Shown: positions 1 to 10,681 of the stretch, piece by piece
Position numbering within the stretch: the stretch's first letter is position 1
Layout: each line of letters begins with the position of its first letter
Source: Clostridia bacterium
Lineage (GTDB): Bacteria > Bacillota > Clostridia > TANB77 > CAG-508
NCBI GenBank assembly: GCA_022797635.1
Contig: JAAWKZ010000002.1
Location: 17,188 to 81,187, forward strand
DNA: 64,000 nt
Direction: 5' to 3'
Notes under the pieces: model-generated
Told to the model about the DNA's origin: nothing
Database searches by the model: none
Seen by the model: only the letters and a program-made list of their open reading frames with translations
Program-made: the position numbers and the translations under genes

Positions 1-663
1 TCTCATAATTATTACAATAATTGCTACAATCAAAAAGGTTACTCCATAAATTAGCAAACTAGCTTGCCAATTTCCTTCCAATAAGCTCGCTCCTGCCCAT
101 GTAGAAGAAATCACAGAAGGAAATCTAGCTATTGTTGAAATAATGATAAATTCTATTGGTTTAATTGGCAATAGTGCTGCAATATATGTTAACAAATCTT
201 TTGGTGTACCTGGAATAAAAAATAGAATAAAAATCAAAAAACGAATGGTCTTTGGATTTTGAAATATTTTATTATTCTCTATCTTTTCTATTTTCTCTTT
301 AGACACAAAATCGTAAATAAACTTTCTTCCCAATTTGTGTACTAATAAATAAATAAAAGCTGAGATAATAGCTGCTGATATCATAATAAATACTGTTCCC
401 CATATACTTCCATAACAAACACCTGCTAAGATTTCAATTGGTTCTCCAGGAATAATAAATAGAAAGATTTGTGCAAACTGTAAACCAAATAACATTAATA
501 TTCCTAGAAAGCCCGAATCATTAACCCTTACTTGAAATGCTTGTTGTCCTTCTGGCGTACCCAACTCTTTTATGACTGGTACTAAATATGCTGTAACTGC
601 TATTGCAATGGCAAGTACAACACCTAATAAAACTAATTTAAATATCTTTGTTTTTTTACTCAT
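1..663 (-). CDS. TVP38/TMEM64 (DedA/VTT-domain) family membrane protein; 3' end lies outside the window
   Basis: Absent from the ORF track because the stop is left of the window. Reverse translation from ATG at 663 gives MSKKTKIFKLVLLGVVLAIAIAV...IIPGEPIEILAGV...FFIPGTPKDLLTY. The product is multi-TM, with an AAGGAA-like RBS upstream. Confidence 0.7.
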   Translation of the reverse strand, partial: MSKKTKIFKLVLLGVVLAIAIAVTAYLVPVIKELGTPEGQQAFQVRVNDSGFLGILMLFGLQFAQIFLFIIPGEPIEILAGVCYGSIWGTVFIMISAAIISAFIYLLVHKLGRKFIYDFVSKEKIEKIENNKIFQNPKTIRFLIFILFFIPGTPKDLLTYIAALLPIKPIEFIIISTIARFPSVISSTWAGASLLEGNWQASLLIYGVTFLIVAIIVIIMR

Positions 664-760
664 TTTAGTGTGCATTCCTTTGTTCTTATTTCTAGATAGC
701 ATTATACCCTAATTATTTGTAGAATAAAAGTTATTTGAGTTAATTTTAATAAATTCTTAA

Positions 761-794
761 TGTCAGAGAAAAAGGAACGACCCTAACCTGACAA
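761..794. repeat. Copy 1 (diverged, single arm) of the TGTCAG...CTGACA palindromic intergenic repeat family
   Basis: tgtcagagaaaaaggaacgaccctaacctgaca resembles the 31-nt arm at 24400-24430. It lies 3 nt beyond the stop of the minus-strand gene 797..1405. Confidence 0.6.
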
Positions 795-796
795 AC

Positions 797-1405
797 TTAT
801 AACACATACAACACAATACAAAGGAAATGCAATAAGCTACCAATACAAATACACACATGGAAAACAGAATGAATATAGCTATGTTTTTTACCTAAACCAT
901 ACAATATAGCACCAATAGTATATACAATTCCTCCAGCAAGTAATAGCCAAAATCCTGTCATACCTAATAATGCTGGTAAGATATTAATTTTAACAATAAT
1001 ACACCATCCCATAACTAAGTAGCAAATCATAGAAAATGCTTTATATTTCTTTAAGTCAATAGCTGTAAAAACTGTCCCTATAATTGCCATTGCCCAAATA
1101 ATACCGAAAATAGACCATCCCATAACTGTGCTATATTCTCTTAATGTACACAAAGCAAAAGGTCCATAAGAACCTGCTATTAAATAATAAATGGTACAGT
1201 GGTCTAATACCTGCATCACTTTTTTGCCTTTTACTCTTGGACTTAAGCCATGATAAACACTAGACATGGTATAAAGCACAATCATAGATACTCCAAAGAT
1301 GGCTCCTGTTACAATTCCATATACATTATGGTGAATACTTGCTACTACAATGCATAACACAAGTGCTACCAGTCCAATTACTCCACCAACAATATGAGTA
1401 ACCAT
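797..1405 (-). CDS. Hemolysin III / PAQR family channel protein (N-terminus probably extends upstream of the ATG)
   Basis: 202-aa multi-TM ORF with His-rich motifs (SIHHN, VYHGLS, DHCTIY, HSVFHV). The in-frame upstream sequence encodes YTKGEEICN, which matches the conserved GEEI.N..TH N-terminal motif of this family. Confidence 0.75.
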   Translation of the reverse strand: MVTHIVGGVIGLVALVLCIVVASIHHNVYGIVTGAIFGVSMIVLYTMSSVYHGLSPRVKGKKVMQVLDHCTIYYLIAGSYGPFALCTLREYSTVMGWSIFGIIWAMAIIGTVFTAIDLKKYKAFSMICYLVMGWCIIVKINILPALLGMTGFWLLLAGGIVYTIGAILYGLGKKHSYIHSVFHVCICIGSLLHFLCIVLYVL

Positions 1406-1659
1406 ATTACAAATTTCTTCTCCCTTTGTGTAGTTGGGAAGTATTCTATCTGCTAGTTTTGTTCTTAATATTTCTAACCCCTCCTATCGTTTTCTTTATA
1501 TTCAAATTTTTTCCAACTTATTGAATTTTATTCTACTATCTTCTAGATAGTGTATATCAAGTTAGAAAAAAATTCCTATTTAAATTTTACTTATTCTATC
1601 ATAAGACAAGAAAATAAAAAAGCCCCTTAAGAAAATCTAAATCTTCTTGGGCTTTTTCT

Positions 1660-3540
1660 CTATTCTTCCTCTCCACCATCTTGGAATTGTGAATTATATA
1701 AATTCGCATAAAATCCATTTTTCTCTAACAATTCTTCATGAGTTCCTTGTTCCACAATATCGCCTTCATTCATGACTAAAATTACATCTGCATTTTTAAT
1801 AGTAGATAATCTATGTGCAATAATAAAGCTGGTTCTTCCTTTCATTAAGTTATCCATAGCAGCTTGAATTTGTTGTTCTGTTCTTGTATCAATAGAACTA
1901 GTCGCCTCATCTAATATCAAAATTTCAGGATTTGCCAAAATTACTCTAGCAATAGTTAATAGCTGTTTTTGTCCTTGTGAAATATTACTTGACTCTTCAT
2001 CAATCACCATATCATATCCCTTAGGTAATGTTTGGATAAAATGGTGAACATGTGCAGCTTTTGCCGCTTCAATCACTTCTTCATCTGTTGCATCAGGCTT
2101 TCCATACTTAATGTTTTCTTTAATTGTACCACCAAATAGCCATGTATCTTGTAATACCATACCAAACATCTTTCTAAGTTCTCCACGGTTAAAGTCTTTC
2201 ACATTATGTCCATCTACTAAAATTGCCCCTTGGTTTACATCATAAAATCTCATAAGTAGTTTTACCATAGTTGTTTTACCTGCACCTGTTGGTCCAACAA
2301 TTGCTACCTTTTGACCATCTTTAATCGTTTGATTAAAGTCATGAATAATCATCTTATCTTCGTTATATCCAAATTGTACATGGTCAAAAGTAACATTTCC
2401 TTTTAATCCTTCTGTTTTCACTGCCCCTTCTATTTCTTGCACTTCTTCTGGTTCTTCTAAAAACTCAAAAATTCTTTCAGAAGCTGCTACCATGGATTGT
2501 AACATACTAGAAATTTGTGCAATTTGGTTGATTGGCTGTGTAAACTGTTTGTTATATTGAATAAAAGATTGAATATTTCCAACTGTAATTCTACCTTGTA
2601 CTGTTAAATAGCCACCTAAAATAGCTACACCTACATACCCCACATTACCTGTAAACATCATAATAGGGTGCATTAAACCCGACATAAATTGTGACTTCCA
2701 TCCAGAATGATATAACTCTTCATTCATTTTTGTAAATTCGTGAATAGCTTTTTCTTCCCCATTAAATACTTTTACAATATTATGTCCGCCATATACTTCT
2801 TCTACTTGACCATTTACATGTCCTAAATAATCTTGTTGTGCCTTAAAATATTTTTGTGACTTCTTTATAATCATACTTACTGCAATTGCTGAAATTGGTA
2901 AAATGATAAGTGATACAATCGTCATAGTCCAACTAATAGATAGCATCATAATCAAAATACCAATAATCGTACAAATAGAAGTAATAATTTGCGTGATACT
3001 TTGGTTCATATTTTGAGAAAATGTATCCACATCATTTGTGATAACTGATAATACTTCTCCATTGGTTTTCTTATCAAAATATTTCATTGGCAATTTATTA
3101 ATCTTCTTAGCAATATCATTTCTAAGTCGATAGGTTAAATTTTGTGATACACTTGTCATGGTAAAACTTTGAATAGCAGAGAATATCACACTAATCGTGT
3201 ATAATCCTAATAGTGTTAATAAAATTCCTGCTACTTTTCCAAAATCAATTCCTGTTCCTCCTGAAATCTTACTAACAATTCCATTAAAAATTTCAGTAGT
3301 CGCATTTCCTAAAATCTTAGGACCTACAATTGTAAAAATGGTGCTTCCAATTGCAAAAATGAGTACAACAATTAATTTCCATTTATAGTCTTTTAAATAA
3401 TTTCTCATTAATTTGCCAACTGTACCTTTTACATCTTTTGCTTTTTCTCCTGCACCCATACCTCCCATTGGGCCATGACCCATTCTCATTTTAGGAGGCT
3501 TTGGGGGAGTTTGCATATTTTCATTTTTGTTTTCTTCCAT
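1660..3540 (-). CDS. ABC exporter, fused permease/ATPase (heterodimer partner B)
   Basis: 626 aa with 6 TM followed by an NBD: Walker A GPTGAGKTT, signature SQGQKQ, Walker B ILILDEATS. The stop/start overlaps the upstream partner at 3540. Confidence 0.9.
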   Translation of the reverse strand: MEENKNENMQTPPKPPKMRMGHGPMGGMGAGEKAKDVKGTVGKLMRNYLKDYKWKLIVVLIFAIGSTIFTIVGPKILGNATTEIFNGIVSKISGGTGIDFGKVAGILLTLLGLYTISVIFSAIQSFTMTSVSQNLTYRLRNDIAKKINKLPMKYFDKKTNGEVLSVITNDVDTFSQNMNQSITQIITSICTIIGILIMMLSISWTMTIVSLIILPISAIAVSMIIKKSQKYFKAQQDYLGHVNGQVEEVYGGHNIVKVFNGEEKAIHEFTKMNEELYHSGWKSQFMSGLMHPIMMFTGNVGYVGVAILGGYLTVQGRITVGNIQSFIQYNKQFTQPINQIAQISSMLQSMVAASERIFEFLEEPEEVQEIEGAVKTEGLKGNVTFDHVQFGYNEDKMIIHDFNQTIKDGQKVAIVGPTGAGKTTMVKLLMRFYDVNQGAILVDGHNVKDFNRGELRKMFGMVLQDTWLFGGTIKENIKYGKPDATDEEVIEAAKAAHVHHFIQTLPKGYDMVIDEESSNISQGQKQLLTIARVILANPEILILDEATSSIDTRTEQQIQAAMDNLMKGRTSFIIAHRLSTIKNADVILVMNEGDIVEQGTHEELLEKNGFYANLYNSQFQDGGEEE

Positions 3541-5889
3541 TATTCCAATTCCTCCTTCGATAATTGTGATAAAGCAATTTGCCTATATACTTCACAGTTC
3601 TTCATTAATTCTTTGTGTGTTCCTATACCTGCAATATTTCCATCATCTAATACAATAATCTTGTCTGCCTGTAAAATAGTATTAATTCTTTGTGCTACAA
3701 TAATCACTGTTTTGTTTTGTGTCTTTTCTTTTAGTGCTTCTCTTAACTTCGCATCTGTCTTATAGTCTAATGCTGAAAAACTATCATCAAACACAAAGAT
3801 TTCCGGATCTTTTGCTACTGCTCTTGCAATAGATAAACGTTGCTTTTGTCCACCTGATACATTAGAGCCACCTTGTGCAATTTCTGAAGCATATTTTTCT
3901 TCTTTTTTCTCAATAAACTCTGTTGCTTGTGCAATTTCAGCGGCAAGTTTCATTTTTTCATCTGACATAGTTTCATCACTATATTTAATATTAGATTCTA
4001 TCGTTCCAGAGAATAGCACTCCCTTTTGTGGAACAAATCCAATAATATCTCTTAATTCTTTTTGAGTTACTTCTTTGACATTTACTCCATCAATCAACAA
4101 TTCACCTTTGGTAACATCATAAAAACGAGGTATTAAGTTTACAATTGTAGACTTTCCGCTTCCTGTACTACCAATAATAGCTGTCGTTTGTCCTGGCTCT
4201 GCTGTAAAATTAATATCTGTTAGTAAATCTTCATCTGCATCTGGATAGCGGAATGACACATTTTTAAATTCTACTAATCCTTTTTTCTTACTATCAAAAT
4301 GTTTTGGTTCTTTTGGATCTTGAATACTATTTTTCTTTTCTAATACTTCATTAATACGTTTAGCAGATACTCCTGCTCTTGGTAGCATAATAGATATCAT
4401 AGAAATCATTAAGAATGCCATGATAATTTGCATGGTATATTGTAAAAATGCCATAATATCTCCAACTTGCATAATACCATCTTCTACATTGTGTCCTCCT
4501 ACCCAAATGGTAAGAAGTGAAATACAGTTCATAATTAGCATTAAAATAGGCATCATTAAGTTCATAGCATTATTAACAAATTTATAGGTTTTGGTTAAAT
4601 CTTGGTTAGCACCATCAAAACGTTTTTCTTCCCTTTTTTCTGTATGGAATGCTCTAATGACTGGAATACCTGTAAGCATTTCACGTGCTACTAAGTTTAG
4701 TCTATCAATCAAATCTTGTAATTTCTTAAATCTTGGCATTGCAATCGCAAATAGGATACCTACAATCAATAGAATGGATACAATTGCTACACCAATAATC
4801 CATGCCATAGAATTATCACTGTTGGCTAAAACCTTGAAAAATCCTCCAATACCAATAATAGGGGCATATACTACTACTCTAAATAGCATAGAAATCAACA
4901 TTTGAATTTGTTGAATATCATTGGTACTACGAGTAATTAAAGAAGCTGTTGAAAACTCTTTGAATTCACTAGTAGAAAAACCTAATACTTTTTTGAAAAT
5001 TTTATCTCTTAAAGTTCTTCCTAGTCTTGCTGCTACCCTAGAAGATAATAGCATAATGGTAATACCTGTTGCCATACTTGCAAATGCTACTCCTAACATT
5101 TGAATTCCTGACCAAACAATATAGCTATTTTGATAACTGTCTATATTAATTCCAATAGCTTGGTATTCCTCTTTAATTGTACTAATGGCTGCTTGCTGAA
5201 TAATACTTTCTGGAATTTGTTCCATCTGTTTTGTTGCTTGTTCTATCATTGGTCCCATAGGGTTACTACTAGTACTTGCTTGCCCTAAGATCTGCTCAAT
5301 TTCTTGTTCATTGGTTGCTTTTTTATTTAGTACAGAGGTATCTGTTGGAACTAAACTCATATTCAATTCTGTCATTACTTTTAGTAGTTTTAATACACTA
5401 GCATCTTGATATTGTGCTTGCATATTATCTGGCAAATTAGAAAGTATGGATTGCTTTAAGCCCTCTGCCATTTCACCTTCTTCTAAATTCTTTAAAATCA
5501 TCAAAGGTCTTGCCATTTTGCTACTTAAAGTGTCAATTTCTTCTTCTTTCAAATTTTTACGAAGATATAGCTCTTCTGTCTCTAATTTTGGATATTTTTT
5601 TACATATTTCTCATACTCTTTTTGCTCTAAATTTTCCTTAGAAATTAAAGTATATCCTTCTAAAATTTCTTTATCATCCTCTGTAAATAACAATACACTT
5701 TCCATTGTAGATTTACGTATTACTTCTGGACTACTATTCTCAATTCCACCTTGTTGAATACCGAATATTTACTATTTTAGAAGTATAGTCAGGCAATGCT
5801 AAATCAGCCATTGCTTGAAGTCCTAAAAATAGAACAATGATAATAACAGATATCCATGAAGCTTTTAAGTTTTTTAATACTTTAAACAT
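3540..5889 (-). CDS. ABC exporter, fused permease/ATPase (partner A) with a large loop between TM1 and TM2; requires one +1 event at CGGT (5763..5760)
   Basis: ATG at 5889 has a GGGGAGGAAG RBS and encodes MFKVLKNLKASWISVIIIVLFLGLQAMADLALPDYTSKIVNI, then CGG. The +1 frame continues GIQQGGIENSSPEVIRKSTMESV into the 721-aa track ORF. That ORF carries Walker A GSTGSGKST, signature SGGQKQ and Walker B IFVFDDSFS. Confidence 0.8.
5760..5763 (-). other. In-frame CGG followed by T (CGGT) at a +1 frame junction; Gly expected
   Basis: Frame arithmetic: 5889-5763=126 (in frame with the ATG) and 5762-5705=57 (in frame with the downstream ORF). The 0 frame stops 7 codons later. Confidence 0.8.
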
Positions 5890-5966
5890 TTCTTCCTCCC
5901 CTGTTTGTTATTCTATATAAAAATAACCTTTTTTGTGTTTATTTTCTATCTAAATAAAAAACTGTC

Positions 5967-6010
5967 AAAACGACATAACCGGTATTATAACACAGTATGT
6001 CGTTTTTTGT
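5967..6010 (-). terminator. Hairpin terminator between the MFS gene and the ABC exporter operon
   Basis: aaaacgacata ... tatgtcgtttt forms an 11-bp stem flanked by T/A runs on both strands. Confidence 0.5.
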
Positions 6011-6030
6011 TAACCTTTTTCACAGACTTT

Positions 6031-7353
6031 TCACATTTCTTCTTCTACATCTTGAATGTCTTGTTTTCTATATTCTTCTGGCTTTAGCCCAAATTTGTCT
6101 TTCATCCAATATAATACAATTGCTAAAATAGCTGTAAATATAATTCCAATGACTAGAAAACTATTTCTTGGGTTCATTACCTCTAATAAATAACTACAAA
6201 CCATAGCAATTACAAAAGAGGAAACACTTTTGATAAAATCAAAGGTAGTAGCTATTTTCACTCTCATTTCTGGTGTTGCAAAACTTTTTAAATATTTTTG
6301 ATATAAAATATCATAAGGTGATTGCAAAGCATATTGTATTGCAAAAAATACAAATAAAATACCAAGTACTGCTTCCTTTGGAATATTACAATACATCCCA
6401 ATTATTCCTATCATAACAAACGTAATTACATAGATTAATCCTATAAAAGTTAATGCTTTATTTCTAAATTTTTGATGAATAACACTTTGCAAACTAGCTG
6501 TAACTCCTGATAAAATGGTCAAACTGGCTATAATAATCGCAAAAAACTGTGCAGGTATTTGTAAATCATCTAACAAACTTTCTCTTAGTGTATAAGAGGC
6601 ATAAACTAATCCACTGAAAAAGAAGGTAAATACCATAATGGCTTGTAATCTTCTCGAATGAAAAATAAATTGAAAAGCTGTTTTAATATCTTGAAAATAT
6701 CCTTGTATCCTTCCTTTTAAAGTTTGGGATTTTTCTTCTTTGATTTCACATACTTCTTTAAAACAGGTTGACATTGCAATTGCTATTACTGTAAACATTA
6801 AGCAAATCATCATAGGAATATATCCATTTATAACAAATAGAAAACCTGTAAGCATAGAAGTGATACCATCTAGGAAGTAATAATTTCTTGCTCCTTTTTC
6901 TTCTATTTTAGAGAAAATTCCCTTTCCTTTTTTATCTGGTACAGAATCATATAATAAATTGGTCTCTGCCACATTTTTAATAGAGAATGCAAAAGCCATA
7001 AAAGCATAAGAAAGAATAACCATTGGAATTCCACTTGATACTATTAAAATGACAATACAAATTGATAAACTAAAATTACCAACAATTAAGCTTTTCCTTT
7101 TTCCTAATTTATCAATAATAGTTAAACCTGGCATTTGAAAAATTAATTTTAAAAATGGATAAGTAGCATCTGTTAGCATTACTTCTGCTGGACTCATGCC
7201 TTTGGTTTGTACTAAAAATACAAATGCAATGGCATAATAAAATAGTAAATCCCATGCACACATTTTATAAAGTGGATATAAGCGTGCATTATATTTTCTT
7301 TCTTGAATCGTTACTTTTTTGGTTGGTTTTATCCTATCTTCTACTTCTTTCAA
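6031..7353 (-). CDS. MFS transporter
   Basis: 440 aa with about 12 predicted TM segments and a typical MFS loop (GKRKSLIVG). The start overlaps the upstream gene stop (ATGA). Confidence 0.75.
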   Translation of the reverse strand: MKEVEDRIKPTKKVTIQERKYNARLYPLYKMCAWDLLFYYAIAFVFLVQTKGMSPAEVMLTDATYPFLKLIFQMPGLTIIDKLGKRKSLIVGNFSLSICIVILIVSSGIPMVILSYAFMAFAFSIKNVAETNLLYDSVPDKKGKGIFSKIEEKGARNYYFLDGITSMLTGFLFVINGYIPMMICLMFTVIAIAMSTCFKEVCEIKEEKSQTLKGRIQGYFQDIKTAFQFIFHSRRLQAIMVFTFFFSGLVYASYTLRESLLDDLQIPAQFFAIIIASLTILSGVTASLQSVIHQKFRNKALTFIGLIYVITFVMIGIIGMYCNIPKEAVLGILFVFFAIQYALQSPYDILYQKYLKSFATPEMRVKIATTFDFIKSVSSFVIAMVCSYLLEVMNPRNSFLVIGIIFTAILAIVLYWMKDKFGLKPEEYRKQDIQDVEEEM

Positions 7354-7958
7354 TTTTTATCCCTCATTTGTTTATAGATTTCATAAATTTGTATCCAAGA
7401 ATATACTCTTTCTAGCTCTGGTACTTCTACTCCTTGGTTTGCATTAGTTGTACATAAAAGTGTTTTAATCCCTCCACTATTTACTCTTCTACAATGCTGA
7501 ATACTATCATCAATAAACAAATCTATTTTCTCATTTTGTGCTGCTATTAGTTTATCCTTTGCATTTAATACAAAATCATCATAGGGAATATCATTTTTAG
7601 CAAGCCATTCTTTTGACTTTGTTTCTATGGTATTGTCATTTGGTAATACCTCATACCTAGAAGTAATAATGACTATTTGGTTTCCTTCTTCTTTTAATCT
7701 ATGAATCACCTCTTGAGCATATGGTTTTGGTCTTGCCTCTGTTACTGTTTGCATAAATATTTTTTCCCAAAATAAATTGGTTTGTTCTTCTGACCAGTGA
7801 GGATACATCTCTTCTATATAGTTATGATTTTCTTTTTTTCCATAAGTTTGTACTTTTCCGTTATTTCCTAATTCTTCTATGTCAAATTTTTGTGAAAATG
7901 GAAATACTAATTCAAATGATTCAGATAAGGTATCATCTATATCAATTCCTATTCTCAT
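7350..7958 (-). CDS. HAD-superfamily 5'(3')-deoxyribonucleotidase-like phosphatase
   Basis: N-terminal DIDDT (DxDxT) HAD motif I, ITSR motif II and FIDD motif IV. Length is 202 aa. Confidence 0.65.
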   Translation of the reverse strand: MRIGIDIDDTLSESFELVFPFSQKFDIEELGNNGKVQTYGKKENHNYIEEMYPHWSEEQTNLFWEKIFMQTVTEARPKPYAQEVIHRLKEEGNQIVIITSRYEVLPNDNTIETKSKEWLAKNDIPYDDFVLNAKDKLIAAQNEKIDLFIDDSIQHCRRVNSGGIKTLLCTTNANQGVEVPELERVYSWIQIYEIYKQMRDKN

Positions 7959-8077
7959 TTTTTCTCCTCCGTTTTTTGATTATTGTAACATACTGAAAAT
8001 TATTTTTAAATAGTCTTGTACGAAAAATCATTTTAACATATACTATTTTTATTAACAATGTATAGGAGAGTTTATCT

Positions 8078-8590
8078 ATGAAGCCTTTATTTCAAAATAA
8101 AACTACTTTATCTAAGAATATTTATATAGAATTATTATCCTTTCAACAAAAGAAGTTTGGTTGGAGATACACAGTATATACTGTTATTTTCTCTCTTCTA
8201 TTTATTTTGCTCATTTCTTTTTTGTTTGCTCATCATTATTTTGCCCATGGTTTCGTATTCTTTGTTATTTTTGTTTGTTTTTTAGCTTATCAATTTATTC
8301 AGCCTACACATAAAAATATAAAGGAATTTCGTAGTGATAAGGTACAAAATAACTTAGCCAATACTTATTCTTTTTATGAAAACTATTTTGTTATAAAAAA
8401 TATAGTAGGAAGTGATAAGATAGCATATTATAAATTATATAGAGTTTTTGAAACAAAAAACTATTTTTATCTTTACTTGGATAAAACAAATATTTTAGTA
8501 CTAGATAAATCTGGATTTCTATTAGGAACCATTCAAGATTTTAAAAAATTTATGAAACATAAAATGTGGTTGAAATTTAAGGAGTTTTAA
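8078..8590 (+). CDS. YcxB-like small membrane protein
   Basis: 170 aa with two central TM helices and a soluble C-terminal part. An AGGAGAG RBS lies upstream. Family assignment is tentative. Confidence 0.45.
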   Translation: MKPLFQNKTTLSKNIYIELLSFQQKKFGWRYTVYTVIFSLLFILLISFLFAHHYFAHGFVFFVIFVCFLAYQFIQPTHKNIKEFRSDKVQNNLANTYSFYENYFVIKNIVGSDKIAYYKLYRVFETKNYFYLYLDKTNILVLDKSGFLLGTIQDFKKFMKHKMWLKFKEF

Positions 8591-8895
8591 TCTGATAGAA
8601 ATTTGTTATTGAAATCTTGTTTTGAACTTAAAATTCTAGAAAGCATAACTGTATTATCTTGTATTTTATAGAATATAAGCCAGTGCTTCATGATTAAATA
8701 ATGATAATTCGTATTTCGATACACTGGCATTGCCTGTGGTAAATAAGAGAGAATAGAAAGCTTTTTTACTAGATTATTGTAAAATTGGTGGGAAGCAATT
8801 GGGTTTTGTAATTCATATGAAATATAATTAATGATTGAATTTAGTTGGCTTAGGTATGTTTCCGTTTGCAAAATCTCGATACCTACATCCTGCAT
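8587..8895 (-). CDS. Type II toxin, RelE/ParE family
   Basis: MQDVGIEILQTETYLSQLNSIINYISYELQNP... is ParE-like. GGAGG lies 5 nt upstream of this ATG. The longer track ORF (to 8919) is probably over-extended. Confidence 0.6.
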   Translation of the reverse strand: MQDVGIEILQTETYLSQLNSIINYISYELQNPIASHQFYNNLVKKLSILSYLPQAMPVYRNTNYHYLIMKHWLIFYKIQDNTVMLSRILSSKQDFNNKFLSD

Positions 8896-9025
8896 AAAGA
8901 CCTCCAAACATAATTTCAAATGCTTCTTCCTCAGTATAATATTTCACTCTTCCTTCTCTTTCTTCTCTTTCACATTCTTCAAGTTCTTTGTCAATAAATT
9001 CTTGTAATTCTTTACTAAATTTCAT
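8828..9025 (-). CDS. Putative antitoxin of the RelE/ParE module
   Basis: 65-aa acidic ORF immediately upstream of the toxin. It overlaps the toxin 5' end by about 68 nt. Confidence 0.45.
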   Translation of the reverse strand: MKFSKELQEFIDKELEECEREEREGRVKYYTEEEAFEIMFGGLYAGCRYRDFANGNIPKPTKFNH

Positions 9026-9186
9026 AATGACCTCCTTTGTTTTGGCAAAATATTTTTACTCTATATTTATTATTAACATATTGTTTTACAAAATGCAACA
9101 AATTTTGGACGACTTTTTTCGACATTTGGTTTGTTTCCCTTTATTCTCTAATACTAAAACTATTTTACTTTTTTCAAAACTTTTGT

Positions 9187-9215
9187 TTGACATTTCTTTG
9201 TAAAAGTATTATACT
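9187..9215 (+). promoter_or_regulatory. Sigma-A type promoter of the radical-SAM/DUF4130 operon
   Basis: TTGACA (9187-9192), 17-nt spacer, TATACT (9210-9215). Confidence 0.5.
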
Positions 9216-9223
9216 ATTTACAC

Positions 9224-9235
9224 AAACATTTGTAT
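9224..9235 (+). promoter_or_regulatory. Weak LexA (Cheo)-box-like operator
   Basis: AAACATTTGTAT lies just downstream of the -10. It differs by one position from the AAACnnnnGTTT palindrome found at recA (44475-44486). Confidence 0.25.
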
Positions 9236-9293
9236 TGTATTTTCTATTTAAGAAATACTATTCATAAACTATTTATATTACAAAAATAAAGGA

Positions 9294-10667
9294 ATGATGA
9301 AAATGGATATAGAAGAAAAATTACAAATCTTAGCAGATTCTGCTAAATACGATGCCTCTTGTAGTTCTTCTGGAAGTAGGCGCAAAAATACACCTGATGG
9401 AATTGGAAATGGAGATGTTTCTGGTATTTGCCATAGTTGGGGGGCCGATGGTAGATGTATTTCTTTGCTTAAAATTTTAATGACAAATAGTTGTATGTAT
9501 GATTGTAAATATTGTGTCAACCGTTGCAGTAATAGTCGAAAAAGAGCTACTTTCACTCCAAAGGAAATTGCTGATTTAACAATTGGATTTTATAAAAGAA
9601 ATTATATTGAGGGACTTTTCCTAAGTTCTGCTGTGATAAAGTCTCCTAATTACACTATGGAGCAAATGATACAAGCAATTACTATTTTACGAAATGAATA
9701 TCACTTTAATCGGATATATCCATGCCAAAACAATTCCTGGCTGTAGTCAAGAATTAATTGATAAACTTGGAGTTTTGGTAGACCGCATGAGTATTAATAT
9801 AGAACTTCCCTCTCAAAATAGTCTTCAATTGTTAGCACCTGATAAGTCTAAAGAAAATATCGTAAAGCCAATGAGTTACATCTCTAGCCAGCTTAGTAAT
9901 AGTGCCCAAAGGTTGTTACCCAATAAAAAGAATTGGTCTTTTACACCTAATAGTATGCTTCCAAGTGCTAATATTTCTAAACCTAAAATTAGAAATTTTG
10001 TCCCTGCTGGACAAACAACTCAATTAATTGTTGGTGCTACACCTGAAAGTGATTTTAAGATTATAAAATTATCAGAAAGTTTATATCAAAAGTTTCATTT
10101 AAAAAGAGTATATTATTCTGCTTATATTTCAGTAAATGAGGACTCCCTTCTTCCCACTTTAGAAAGACCTCCTCTATTAAGGGAAAACCGAATTTATCAA
10201 GCAGACTGGTTGCTTCGCTTTTATGGTTTTAGTAGTGATGAACTATTAAATGAACAAAACCCGAATTTTAATACTTTATTAGATCCCAAATGTGATTGGG
10301 CTTTAAGACATTTAGAATGTTTCCCCGTTGAAATCAATTCAGCTGATTATGGAACTTTATTAAGAGTCCCTCGGAATTGGTGTAATTTCTGCTAAAAGAA
10401 TCTTACGTGCTAGAAAAGATTGTCACTTACAATTCGAGCATTTAAAAAAGTTAGGTGTGGTATTAAAACGTGCTCGTTATTTTATTATTTGTGACGGGAA
10501 ATATTATGATGCTATTCACAAATTTAATGATAGCTTTATTTCTGAAAATTTAATTTATTTAGAAAGAAAACGGACTTCCTCTTCCAAGTTATATACAAAC
10601 CTCTTTATTTGATAAATTAGAACCTACAAAAGAGGATAAAATAAAGTGCTTAACAGGAGCTTTATAA
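9294..10667 (+). CDS. Putative DNA modification/repair radical SAM protein (TIGR03916-like); needs three +1 events at CGGA
   Basis: The CMYDCKYC radical-SAM cluster motif is present. The three track/untracked segments join as ...NEYHFN|GYIHAKTIPG..., ...LLRVP|GIGVISAKRIL... (HhH PGIG) and ...LERK|GLPLPSYIQTSLFDKLEPTKEDKIKCLTGAL*. The final stop at 10665-10667 abuts the RBS of the next gene. The start could be 9294, 9297 or 9303. Confidence 0.8.
9711..9714 (+). other. In-frame CGGA at a +1 junction (Gly expected)
   Basis: 9711-9294=417, so it is in frame. The downstream frame equals track ORF 9694..10395. Confidence 0.8.
10372..10375 (+). other. In-frame CGGA at a +1 junction (Gly of the PGIG helix-hairpin-helix motif)
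   Basis: 10372-9712=660, so it is in frame. The 0 frame stops after 7 codons, while the +1 frame stays open for 66 codons. Confidence 0.8.
10571..10574 (+). other. In-frame CGGA; a +1 reading gives a 31-codon open extension ending next to the following RBS
   Basis: 10571-10373=198, so it is in frame. The 0 frame also stays open for 13 codons, so this site is less certain than the others. Confidence 0.55.
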
Positions 10668-10681
10668 AAGGAGTTTAAAAC

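Noticed and set aside
3197-5757. Plus-strand track ORFs (3197..3388, 3475..3765, 4591..4905, 4921..5103, 5446..5757) antisense to the ABC exporter genes
   Set aside because: They lie entirely inside strongly supported minus-strand genes. They have no RBS and give low-complexity hydrophobic translations. They are shadow ORFs typical of AT-rich DNA.
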